From NCBI RefSeq assembly GCF_963921235.1, contig NC_086097.1, positions 109,928,001-109,992,000 of the forward strand: a stretch of 64,000 bases of DNA. The letters are read 5' to 3'. The notes under the pieces are model-generated. The model did not search any database. It was not told where the DNA came from and saw nothing but the letters and a program-made list of their open reading frames with translations. Positions 1 through 11,600 of the stretch are shown piece after piece (positions within the stretch are counted from its first letter, which is position 1; each line of letters starts with the position of its first letter). This stretch comes from Mobula hypostoma (lineage: Eukaryota). A program made the position numbers and the translations under genes.

Positions 1-71
1 TGTTTGGGCTAATTTGAGGGCACAAACAGACAAACAGATAAACAGAATGAGAATTTTAGTAATGTATAGAT

Positions 72-578
72 ATGCTGACATTGGAGAGGGTTCAGAGAAG
101 ATTCACAAGAATGAATCCAGGAATGAAAGGGCTACCGTATGAGGAACATCTGGCAGCTCTTGGGCTGTATTCCCTGGAGTTCAGGAGAATGAGGGGGGAT
201 CTCATAGAAACATTCTGAATGTTAAAAGGCCTGATCAGATTAGATATGGCAAAGTTATTTCCCATGGTAGGGGATCCTAGGCCAAGAGGGCACAACTTCA
301 GGATTGAAGTACATCCTTTTAGAACTGAGATGAGGAGAAATTACTTTAGTCAGAGGATGGTAAATCTGTGGAATTTGCTGCCACAAGCAGCTCTGGAGGC
401 CAAGTCATTGGGTGTATTTAAGGTAGAGATAGATAGGTTCTTGATTAGCCAGGGCACCAAAGGGTATGGGATGAAAGCAGAGGAGTGGGAATGACTGGAA
501 GAATTGGATCAGCCCATGACTGAATGGCGGAGCAGACTCAATGGGCCGAATGCTCCTATATCTTATGGTCTTATGGTC
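72..578 (+). mobile_element. CR1 LINE 3' fragment that truncates the foamy-like integrase
   Basis: ORF 219-494 matches the CR1 ORF2 C-terminus (RGHNFRI..FSQRMVNLWNLLP); (CTTATGGT)n tail at about 562-578. Confidence 0.9.
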
Positions 579-1014
579 TATTGAAGGAAAACCGTCAGTT
601 GACATTATTGCAGCTGGGGATGCCAGCATGTGAAATTATAGAGCTTTGGAGTGTAGTGATGCTTGTGGCCTCACTACAAGAATTTGTGGGAACTAACCAT
701 GTATATTCCGTACAAAGATCAGCTATCACAAGAATATACTTATTAGGTTTTCAGTAAGATGGATTGCTTTGGGATGCCAAAATAGACCTATATAATCAAC
801 CTCCCACACCTGCATTGGTGCAGTTGGTTTTATTTGTCTGAGAGGAGATGGTCTTGTGACTGTTCCCTTATGATAGGTCAGACATTCTTTACAATTTGCA
901 ATGAGTTGCTTCCAGTCACTCAACTTCTAAGGCCACCAGTCTAACATTGATAATTTTGCATGCCTGTTCCCACCAGGATTATGTTGGAATTCTCAGTGGG
1001 CATCTTGAAACAAT
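579..1014 (-). pseudogene. pol: Foamy-like integrase remnant (HHCC zinc finger and first part of catalytic core)
   Basis: Reads LFQDAH*EFQH..WWP(930-938)..CKEC(882-893)..PMQVWEVDYIG(786-797), then after a frameshift YILVIADLCTEYTWLVPT..AGIP. Compare PFV IN: QAHNLAH..YWWP..CQQC..IDYIGP..YVLVVVDGMTGFTWLYPT..IAIP. Confidence 0.88.
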
Positions 1015-2095
1015 TATGTGCACTCCCAGCTTTGTGCTCCTAACTCTCTCTATAGAGAAGCCATGTATATGCAGAGATGAGCATCTTCCTGAAGTCCACA
1101 ATACTCTCTTTGGTCTTGTCCATGTTGAAACTTAAGTTGTTGAGCTCTCATCATTCTACCAGCCCTCTACCTCCTCTTTGTGTGTCATCTCGTTGTCGCT
1201 GTTCATGAGACCAACCACTGTTATGTCAGCAGTGAACTTGATGACTCAGTCTGAACTGGATCTAGCAGTGCAGTCATGTGTCAGCAGCATGAACAGCGGT
1301 GGGCGGAGCACGCATCTTGGGGAGCGCCAGTGCCCAGCGTGATGGAGCTAGAGATGTTTCTGCCAACACGGACTGACCTGGGCCTTTCTGTCAAGAAGTC
1401 TAGGATCCAGTTACAAAGAGAGGTGTTGAAACTGTTTATCTACCAGCTTCTGAGGTATGGTCATATTGAATGCTGAGCTGAAGGCAATAAACAAGTCTTG
1501 ACATATAAGGCACCATTTTCCAGGTGGGACAGGATTGAGTGCAGAGGCTACAACATCATTAGTGGACCAACTTGAGCGATAAGTGAACTGGAAATGGTCC
1601 AATGTAGCAGGAAAATTCTATCCCTGACCAGCCGTTCAAAGCACTTCATCATTGTTGAGGTCAGTGCCACTGGATGGTGTCACTGAAACAGGTTTCTGTT
1701 GCTCTCCTGGGTGTCAGGATGATGGTGGCCACCTTGAAGCGTGAGTGGACAGTGGACTGTTCCAGAGAGATATTGAAGATGTTTCTTAGATTCTCCGTTA
1801 ACTGAGCTGTACAGTCCCTCTGCACCCGACCAGGTGTGATGTCAAATCCCGCAGCATTATATCAGTTGATCTTGGCTGGGGTCTTCCTCACATCAACTGC
1901 GACCCGACAGAGTGCCCACTCCTCAGAAGGAAGGGGAGCCTTTCTCGTCGGCACATTGTTCTGTACATCAAAATAAGCATAAGACACATTCTGCCTATCA
2001 GGAAGAGAAGCACCACTGTCATTAACACCCATTGTGGACTTGTAGTCCATTATAATCTGGAGGCCCTGTCACATGTGCCTCATGTCTCCATATTT
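1015..2095 (-). mobile_element. Rex1/Babar-type LINE internal RT fragment, truncated at both ends
   Basis: Minus-strand QGLQIIMDYK, FQFTYR, DFSSAFN-like, GAPQ, KTKExxVDFRK and IERVRSTK-LGVHI motifs; ends abruptly at about 1015 with no 3' tail. Confidence 0.8.
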
Positions 2096-3917
2096 GAGAA
2101 TAGAGCTTAAAAATGCTGTGTTACATTGGGTCATGAAGAAGATGGTTTTGCATCTTCCATGACAGGTAAATTTGTAAGTCATAACTCTCGGGAGCATATT
2201 CCAACTTAAACATTTCATTTTATAGGTGTTTGCCATTCCCCCATTCGTTCACTGGTAATTTGCTGTCATTCTTTAAAGTACAAACTCCATTTGTATAACA
2301 GCGGTTTGTCCCTTGCAATGGCCTTACTGCAATATGTGTATAGAATACCGAAGGCATTGTTCTGAGGCAGTACATTTCTCTTCCGTTGGGGTGAAATTAT
2401 ATGAGTCATAGTGTATAGGGGCTTGTGTTTCTTCCCCCTCATTATAGCAGATGTCTCCAGTAGATTTAGAGAAACAGGAATTTGCAGAACAAGAGATTTT
2501 ATTAGGTCTCTTGTCTGGAGGTCCATTGTTTGCTGAACAGCATTCATCAATTTCTCTTGTGCCTCATAATTTTCTGGGGTAAATACGAAAGGTTTTTTCA
2601 TTTTTCAGTGTACATATGTCCTAGAATGATTTTGACGATGGGTCATAGTCAGGTATGAAAGCTGTAACATAATTCAATAGGCCTAGGGTTAATTTTAAGG
2701 CTTTTAGGGTCTTTAGATATCCTACTAAAGTGAAATTTTGTCTAAAGTCATGTGTTAAACATTGTCCCTGATTGGTAATTGAAAATTTACTTCTGTATGA
2801 TTTTTGTTTATGTTAATTACATAGCCTCTGTCTGTCAGTCTTTAAATGACAATCTCAATCTGTGTGAAACACTCATCCAATGTGTCGGCTGTGCAGTATA
2901 TGATATCCACATATGCACAGATATCTGGTATTCCCTGTATAGTCTGAATAGCTCCTGCTGAAAATATCTGTGGACTATTCTAGAAAACTTGTAGGAATCT
3001 GGTTCTCTGATATTGAGAGCCATCAGATGCTGTAAAAGCATTTTAACCTCTGTCACTTTCAGGGATTGGGTGTGACCAGAGCCAAGAGCCAGATCTTTGC
3101 AAGATTGCTGGGACAAATTAGCTCCTGAGTGTTTATTCAAAATGATGTAGTTGATGACAAATCACTATCATCCATCAGGCTTTGCTACACCAAACATGGG
3201 TGACTTAAACTGAGAAGATTTCTTTCATTAAGACACATTGTATATAGATGGTGACTTCAATTTCCTGTAGGGATTACTTTCCTCTATGCTCGGAATATGC
3301 CACTGTTTCTGCATGGTAAAGGACTGCATCCTACTTTAATTGGTTCAATAACAAACTATATTACAATAGTTAGGATGTTGTTGTAGGTGGTCACAATATT
3401 TGTACAAAATATATTTCAATTTCACTCTGATAATAGACTAGCTGTTTCTGAATATGTACATCTCATTCATTCAGTGCAGTTGCATTGTTAGTTGGTTTGA
3501 TTATAGGACAAATCCAACAGGAAACATCAGGTGTTCCTATTAGAAATAGTGCTTTAGTATAACCTGGGGCAAGCTGGTGTAAAGACTTTATGGCTACTTC
3601 CATTGTTTGAATATCTGTAGGGGAATTTTATAAATTGGGCACTCTACCTTGTTGCAATGTATGCCTACAATTTTAATTTTCCCTGTTAACTCCCCTAATT
3701 TATCACATTGAATAATATCAGAATTTAGCATTGAAATGTCTGCACCTGTATCAAAACAGCAAGGTCGTATAACGAGGTTTGGTCTGCCTAATCCGCGTCC
3801 TATCCCTTCATCCTTCCAGTCTCTGACTTGAAGAATAAAATATTCATCGTATTCAATTTGAAGAGCAGTCAGTGTATTATCCCATTTTTCTGCTATATTA
3901 TTAACACATTCGTAATA
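2096..3917 (-). pseudogene. pol: Foamy-like protease, reverse transcriptase and connection domain
   Basis: FDTGA at 3741-3752; KIVGIH; FLIGTPDVSCW; QKQW; SPMFGVAKPDG followed by TGA TAG TGA (3162-3182, explicable as decayed R-W-R); DLALG[F]WSHPI; YVDIIY (2902-2913, second Asp lost); ITNQGQCLTHDF; LGLLNYVTAFIPDY; LQTRDLIKSLVLQI; YNEGEETQAPIHYDSYNFTPTEEK. Confidence 0.9.
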
Positions 3918-3939
3918 TCAGGAATCTTAATATCAGCCA

Positions 3940-4145
3940 GCATTTTGGTTTCAATTGGCACATTTAATGTCAGAGAAATGTATGCAATATACATCCTGAA
4001 GTTCTTTTTCTTCGCAAACATCCACAAAAACAGAGGACTGCCCCAATGAATGGCAGTTAAATGTTAGAACCCCAAAGTCCTCCCAACTCCCCCCTCCCAC
4101 ACATAAGCAGCAGCAAGACAACAACCCAACCCCTCCCCCACCAGG
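3940..4145 (-). repeat. Short interspersed repeat (LINE-3'-end-like) inserted upstream of the protease
   Basis: Reverse complement resembles the repeat at about 57575-57718 (tcattc..gtggatgt..aggttgt..attaaatgt..ttgaaa). Confidence 0.55.
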
Positions 4146-4799
4146 GCTCTAACATTTATCCTTCATGGCCGGTTTAGCTGCCAATACCCATTATTTGAAT
4201 TATGAGTCCCTTCTCCCTACCAAGGAGGAGATACTACCAGCTAACAAAGTTGTTTAAATACAGTACATTTATTTTTAGTGATACGTGTTTAATTACAGAC
4301 AAAATTCTGAAAACTCATCTAACTGCAGAGGATTTCTATCTTATAAAAGGTTCTCAAATTATAAATGATTTCTAAAACACAGAACAATTCTTATAAGTTA
4401 AAAAAATATGCCAACAAGTTGCAGATAATCGAATGGTCCATCACAATATTCGAAGGTACAGGAATGGATTCTAGCCGCCATGTCTTTCTGTCATTCTTCT
4501 TGCTGTTCCATGACCATTCCTATCCAACTTGACTACTCCCTATATTGATACTGTTTTTTTTCGCTACTTGAGTGACTTCATACTCATGTGAAATTTCATC
4601 AGAAACCTTTTTACACAAGTGGTCTAAAAGCTTCTGGAGATAGAGTTCCCAGATTCCCACAATTAATGCAATGAAACTGGCTCAGAGTGCACAAACCTTC
4701 CAGCTATTAACATATCAGCTATTTGATGTGCTAAGTGATTATATCAATCAGGTCTGTAAGCTTCCTTGAACTAAATAACTTAATCAGTGTTGCCTGGTT

Positions 4800-5330
4800 T
4801 GAAATAGGCCAATTAGTCTTACACTGCATCTCTTGTGCAGTCATCCTTGGTGCCGTAGGCCAGCATCCTGTGTTTTATAGACAGTGCAGTTTGTAAAGCT
4901 GTTCTTTTAACTTCAGACTGATTATTGCTTGCCATTTGCACTAATAACTGAAGACTGGCTGCCATTAATTAATAAAGCTGAACAAAAAATAAGGATTGTA
5001 GCTCAACTTACTCAAAAACAACTGATTTATCTCTACCAGTGTCAGCTGCTATGTCAGAAAACTGAACCTGGCAAAGAAAGAAGGCCTCCCGGTCCTGGAT
5101 AGTGAAAACAACCATTTTCATATTTTTACAGTTGACATTAAATAAATTATACTCAAAATACTTTACGAGATCTAAAATGTGTGAGTTTTGAAGTTAACCA
5201 ATTAATTTCATCTTAGCTTGTATTGTAAAAATTTGGAATACACCTATTTTGGCAGCAGTTGAACAGCTAAATGGTCAAAAATTCTATAAACTCCAATCCT
5301 TCAGCAGGAGTATCAGCAGGATACCAGTCG
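4800..5330 (-). pseudogene. gag: Possible foamy-type Gag capsid-region remnant
   Basis: Frameshifted reading DTPAEGLEFIEFL / STAAKIGVFQIFTIQAKMKLI / GLLSLP..FSDIAADTG / SQSSVISA weakly parallels PFV Gag EPPRNPREIPIWL / NAPAIDGVFPVTTPDLRCRII / MHQLGNVIKGIVDQEG / GQAVVTA; position upstream of pol fits. Confidence 0.45.
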
Positions 5331-5334
5331 AACT

Positions 5335-6650
5335 TTGAGTCATGGCTGAAGGATCATAGTGGAGAACATAACATTGAAGGATACACATTGTATCCGAAGG
5401 ACAGGCAGGTAAGCGGGGTGGGGGGGGGGGGTTGGGATGGCTCTATTGATAAAAGAAATTAAATCAAATCCTTGGAAAGAGGTGACATAGGATCAGAAGA
5501 TCTAGTATCCTTGTGGGTGGAGTTAAGAAAAATCAGATTGTACTGAATCCCAAGGGAGAGGATTTATAGAATGGCTTTTTAGAGCAGCTTGTAGTTGAGC
5601 CCACTAGGGAAAAGACAATTCCAGTCTGGGTGTAATTTAATGAATGAATGAGATTTGATTAGTGAGCTTAAAGTAAAGGAAACCTTAGATTTGCCTGACA
5701 AATCAACTGGAATTTTTTTTGAAGAAAGAACAGGCAGGGTAGACAAAGGATAGTTAAAAGTTGTTTACTTGGATTTTTAAAAGGTATTTGACAAGATGCC
5801 ACACATGAGGCTGCTTAACAGGAGAAGAGCCCATGGCATTACAGGAAAGATACTAGTAGGAAAGATACCGGCCGGAAGCAAAGAGTGGGAAAAATGACAG
5901 CCTTTTCTGCGTGGCTGCCAGTGATTACTGATATTCTGCAAGGGTGGTGTTTGAATTACTTCTTTTTACGTTATAAGTTAGTGATTTGGATGACAGAAAT
6001 GATGGCTTTGTGGCCAAATTTGTGAACAATTCAAAGATAGGTGGTGGGGATTGTAGTTTTCAGGAAGGAGAAATCTGCAGAAGGGCTTAGACAGATTGGG
6101 AGAATGGGCAAAGAAGAGGCAGATAGAATGTAGTGAGGGGACTATTTTCTAAATGGGGACAAAATTTACCACTCTGAGATGCAAGGCGACTTGGGAGACT
6201 TTGTGCAGGATTCTGTGGGTTGAGTTGGTGGTAAGGAAGGGAAATACTATTTTAGCATTCATTTCAAGAGGACTAGAATATAAGAGCAAAGATTTAATGC
6301 CGAGGCATTGGTCAGACTGCACCTAAAACATTGTGAGCAGTTTTGGCCCTTTTTCCAAGAAAAGGTATGCTGGTATTGGAGAGGATGTTCATGTAAATGA
6401 GGAGCATTTGATGGTCTGGTCTGTACTCGCTAAAGTTTAGAAGAATGAAAGGCAATCTCATTGAAATCTATTGAATATTGAAAAGTCTGGACAGAGTAGA
6501 TGTGGGGAAGATGTTTCATACAATAAGTGAGTCTAGAACAGAGATGAGGAGGAATTTCTTTAGCTAGAGGGTGGTGAACCAGTGGAATTTATTGCTGCAG
6601 ATGGCTGTGGAGATCAAGTCATTGAGTATATTTAAAGCGAAGGCTGACAA
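5335..6650 (+). mobile_element. Old, internally deleted CR1 (EN and RT remnants)
   Basis: Degenerate WLK..GYTLY..DRQ, VVYLDF.K.FDK.PH and CR1 3' motifs. Confidence 0.75.
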
Positions 6651-7086
6651 ACAATGAGCCCAGTACCAGCTTCCAGTCCTAGAAACAACCTTCCAAAATC
6701 ATACTATGCATTTCACTATCAACCAAACAGGTATGTAATTAGCCAGTTTTCCATCGATCCCATGCAATCTAACATTCCAGAGCAGTCTGCCATGTGGAAC
6801 CTCGAAGATCTCCCTGAAGTCTATATAAAACACATCTATGACCCAGCCTGAATCAGTTCTCTTGGTCACCTGAAAAGCTCAGATCAAGTTCAAAAGACAT
6901 GACCTCCCATGCTGACTACGCATAATACCTTTCGAAACTTACTCATACTTTATCTCTCAGAATCCTCTCAGTAGCATAGATACCATAGATAGACTTACTG
7001 GCCAATAGCTCCCAGGTACTTTGCTATCCTTTTTAAAAGCACAACATTTGCTATCCTACAGTCTATCAGCACTGCACCCTTGGATA

Positions 7087-8579
7087 ATAGAAACATAGAA
7101 ACATAGAAAATAGGTGCAGGAGTAGGCCATTCGGCCCTTCGAGCCTGCACCGCCATTTATTATGATCATGGCTGATCATCCAACTCAGAACCCAGCCTTC
7201 CCTCCATACCCCCTGACCCCTGTAGCCACAAGGGCCATATCTAACTTCCTTTTAAACATAGCTAATGAACTGGCCTCAACAGTTTGCTGTGGCAGAGAAT
7301 TCCACAGATTCACCACTCTCTGTGTGAAGAAGTTTTTCCTAACCTCGGTCCTAAAAGGCTTCCCCTCTATCCTCAAACTGTGACCCCTCGTTCTAGACCT
7401 CCCCAACATCGGGAACAATCTTCCCGCATCTAGCCTGTCCAATCCCTTTAGGATCTTATACGTTTCAATCAGATCCCCCCTCAATCTTCTAAATTCCAAC
7501 GAGTACAAGCCCAGTTCATCCAGTCTTTCTTCATATGAAAGACCTGCCATCCCAGGAATCAATCTGGTGAACCTTCTTTGTACTCCCTCTATGGCAAAGA
7601 TGTCTTTCCTCAGATTAGGGGACCAAAACTGCACACAATACTCCAGGTGTGGTCTCACCAAGGCCTTGTACAACTGCAGTAGTACCTCCCTGCTCCTTTA
7701 CTCGAATCCTCTCGCTATAAATGCCAGCATACCATTCGCCTTTTTCACCGCCTGCTATACCTGCATGCCCACTTTCAATGACTGGTGTATAATGACACCC
7801 AGGTCTCGTTGCACCTCCCCTTTTCCTAATCGGCCACCATTCAGATAATAATCTGTTTTCCTATTTTTGCCACCAAAGTGGATAACTTCACATTTATCCA
7901 CATTAAATTGCATCTGCCATGAGTTTGCCCACTCACCCAACCTATCCAAGTCACCCTGCATCCTCTTAGCATCCTCCTCACTGCTAACACTGCCACCCAG
8001 CTTTGTGTCATCCGCAAACTTGGAGATGCTGCATTTAATTCCCTCATCCAAGTCATTAATATATATTGTAAACAACTGGGGTCCCAGCACTGAGCCTTGC
8101 GGTACCCCACTAGTCACCGCCTGCCATTCTGAAAAGGTCCCGTTTATTCCCACTCTTTGCTTCCTGTCTGCTAACCAATTCTCCACCCACACCAATACCT
8201 TACCCCCAATACCGTGTGCTTTAAGTTTGCACACTAATCTCCTGTGTGGGACCTTGTCAAAAGCCTTTTGAAAATCCAAATATACCACATCCACTGGTTC
8301 TCCCCTATCCACTCTACTAGTTACATCCTCAAAAAATTCTATGAGATTCGTCAGACATGATTTTCCTTTCACAAATCCATGCTGACTTTGTCCGATCATT
8401 TCACCGCTTTCCAAATGTGCTGTTATCACATCCTTGATAACTGACTCCAGCAGTTTCCCCACCACCGACGTTAGGCTAACCGGCCTATAATTCCCCGGTT
8501 TCTCTCTCCCTCCTTTTTTAAAAAGTGGGGTTACATTAGCCACCCTCCAATCCTCAGGAACTAGTCCAGAATCTAATGA
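7087..8579 (-). mobile_element. Young 5'-truncated CR1 (RT and 3' end)
   Basis: ORFs 7755-8543 and 7185-7673 ([30 protein letters not shown]); (TTTCTATG)n tail; near-identical to about 27870-29356 in opposite orientation. Confidence 0.95.
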
Positions 8580-8686
8580 TGCAAGTTTCTCAGCCAGGGC
8601 TCCAGCAATTTCTTTTACAACCTCCCACTGTGTTCTCAGATAAACCTGGTCAGGCCCTGGAGATTATTATACTTTCATACCTTGTA

Positions 8687-11600
8687 CAATAGACAATAGA
8701 CAATAGACAATAGGTGCAGAAGTAGACCATTCGGCCCTTTGAACCTACACTGCCATTCTGAGATCATGGCTGATCATCTACTATCAATACCCGTTTCCTG
8801 CCTTGTCCCCATAACCCTTGATTCCCCTATCCATAAGATACCTATCTAGCTCCTTCTTGAAAGCATCCAGAAAATTGGCCTCCACTGCCTTCTGAGGCAG
8901 CATGTTCCACAGCTCCACAACTCTCTGGGAGAAGAAGTTCCTCCTCAATTCTGTCCTAAATGACCTACCCCTTATTCTTAAACCATGCCCTCTGGTACTG
9001 GACTGTCCCAGCATCTGGAACATATTTCCTGCCTCTATTTTGTCCAATCCCTTAATAATCTTATATGTCTCAATCAGATGCCCCCTCAATCTCCTTAATT
9101 CCAGTGTGTACAAGCCCAGTCTCTCTATCCTCTCTGCGTAAGACGGTCCGGACATCCCAGGAATTAACCTAGTGATCCTACGCTTCACCTCCTCCACAGC
9201 CAGGATGTCTTTCCTTAACCCTGGAGACCAAAACTGCACACAATACTCCAGGTGTGGTCTCACCAGGGCCCTGTACAAATGCAAAAGGATTTCCTTGCTC
9301 TTGTACTCAATTCCCTTTGTAATAAAGACCAACATTCCATTAGCCTTCTTCACTGCCTGCTGCACTTGCTCATTCACCTTCAGAGACTGATGAACAAGTA
9401 CTCCTAGATCTCTCTGTATTTCACCCTTACCTAACTCCACACCGTTCAGATAATAATCTGCCTTCTTGTTCTTGCACCCAAAGTGAATAACCTCACACTT
9501 ATTCACATTAAACGCCACCTGCCAAGTTTCTGCCCACTCACCCAGCCTATCCAAGTCACCTTGAACTCACCTAACATCCTCATCACAAGTCACACTGCCA
9601 CCCAGCTTAGTATCATCAGCAAACTTGCTGATGTTATTCACAATGCCTTCCTCTAAATCATTGACGTAAATCGTAAACAGCTGTGGTCCCAATACCGAGC
9701 CCTGTGGCACCCCACTAGTCACCACCTGCCATTCCGAGAAACACCCATTCACTGCTACCGTTTGCTTTCTATCTGCCAACCAGTTTTCTATCCATGTCAA
9801 TATCCTCCCCCCAATGCCATGAGCTCTGATTTTACCCACCAATCTCCTATGTGGTACCTTATCGAATGTCTTCTGAAAGTCAAGGTACACCACATCCACT
9901 GGAACTCCCGCGTCTATCTTCCTGGTTACATCCTCGAAAAACTCCAATAAATTAGTCAAGCATGATTTGCCCTTGGTAAGTCCATGCTGGCTCGGCCCAA
10001 TCCTATCACTGCTATCAAGATATGCTGCTATTTCATCTTTAATAATGGACTCTAGCATCTTCCCCATTACTGATGTTAGGCTAACAGGGCGATAGTTCTC
10101 TGTTTTCTCCCTCCCTCCTTTCTTAAAAAATAGGATAACATTAGTCATTCGCCAATCCTCAGGAACTGATCCTGAATCTAAGGAACATTAGAAAATGATC
10201 ACCAATGCATCCACAATTTCCAGAGCCACCTCCTTTAGTACCCTAGGATGCAGACCATCTGGACCTGGGGATTTGTTCGCCTTCAGTCCCATCAGTCTAC
10301 TCATCACCATTTCCTTCCTAATGTCAATCTGTTTCAGTTCCTCTGTTACCCTATGTCCTTGGCCCATCCATACATCTGGCAGATTGCTTGTGTCTTCCCT
10401 AGTGAAGACAGATCCAAAGTACTTATTAAATTCATCTGCCATTTCTCTGTTTCCCATAACAATTTCTCCCAATTCATTCTTCAAGGGCCTAATATTGCTC
10501 TTAACTATCTTCCTTCTCTTCACATACCTAAAAAAACTTTTGCTATCCTCCTTTATATTCCTAGCTAGCTTGCGTTCATACCTCATTTTTTTCTCCATGT
10601 ATTGCCTCTTTAGTTAAGTTCTGTTGCTCCTTAAAAGTTTCCCAATCATCCATCTTCCCACTCACCTTAGCTCTGTTATACTTCTTCTTTTACAATGCTA
10701 TGCTATCTCTGACTTCCTTTGTCAATCACTATGGCCACTTTCCCCCCTTTGAATCCTTCCTTCTCCAGGGGATGAACTGATTTTGCCCCTTGAGCATTAT
10801 TCCCAAGAATACCTGCCATTGATGTTCCAATGTCTTTTCTGCTAGGATATCCGACCAGTCAACTTTGGCCAGCTCCTCCCTCATGGCTCCATAGTCTCCT
10901 TTGTTCAACTGCAATACTGACACTTCTGATCTGCCCTTATCCCTCTCAACTTGCAGATAAAAACTTATCGTATTATGATCGCTACCTCCTAATGGCTCCT
11001 TTACTTCAAGATCACTTCTCAAATCCTGTTCATTGCACAACACTAAATCCAGAATAGCCTTATCCCTGGTTGGCTCTCGTACAAGCTGCTCCAAAAATGC
11101 ATCTCGTAGGCACTCTACAAACTCCCTATCCTGGGGTCCAGTACCAACCTGATTTTCCCAGTTCACCTGTATGTTGAAATCCCCCATAACAACTGTGACA
11201 TTTCCTTTGCCACATGCCATTGTTAACTCCCTATTCAACTTGCACCCAATATCCATGTTACTATTTGGGGGCCTGTAGATAACACCTATTAGGGTCTTTT
11301 TGCCCTTACTGTTCCTCAGTTCTATCCACACTGATTCTACTTCTCCTGATTCTATGTCCCCCCTTGCAAGGGACTGAATCTCATTCCTCACCAACAGGGC
11401 CACCCCACCCCATCTGCCCACCTTTCTGTCCCTTCGATAGCATGTATACCCCTGTACATTCAATTCCCAGGTCTGATGCCCCTGCAGCCATGTCTCCGTT
11501 ATCCCAACAACATCATAGTTACCCATTCACACCTGAGCTTCAAGCTCATCCGCCTTATTTCTGACACTTCGTGCATTCAGATATAGAATTTTTAACCCAT

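Larger units (their letters stand above)
579..5330 (-). mobile_element. Degenerate endogenous foamy-like retrovirus (gag-like, pro-RT-connection, integrase), interrupted by Rex1 and a short repeat
   Basis: Colinear gag-like > PR > RT > connection > IN motifs on the minus strand, each resembling foamy virus proteins as recalled; many stops and frameshifts. Confidence 0.85.

Noticed and set aside
1..71. Helitron-like 5' terminus (minus strand a|TCTATACATTACTAAAA)
   Set aside because: Only about 70 bp visible at the window edge; no 3' hairpin or CTAG end to confirm.
726..923. Integrase fragment as an ordinary Gypsy
   Set aside because: The DYIG and TWLVPT motifs and the linked RT/connection sequence resemble foamy Pol and differ from the Gypsy IN (HIDFVG) at 38400-39000.
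7755..8543. Bacterial retron, group II intron or DGR reverse transcriptases
   Set aside because: All RTs sit with APE endonuclease, GIY-YIG or PR/IN domains and carry LINE tails or LTRs.
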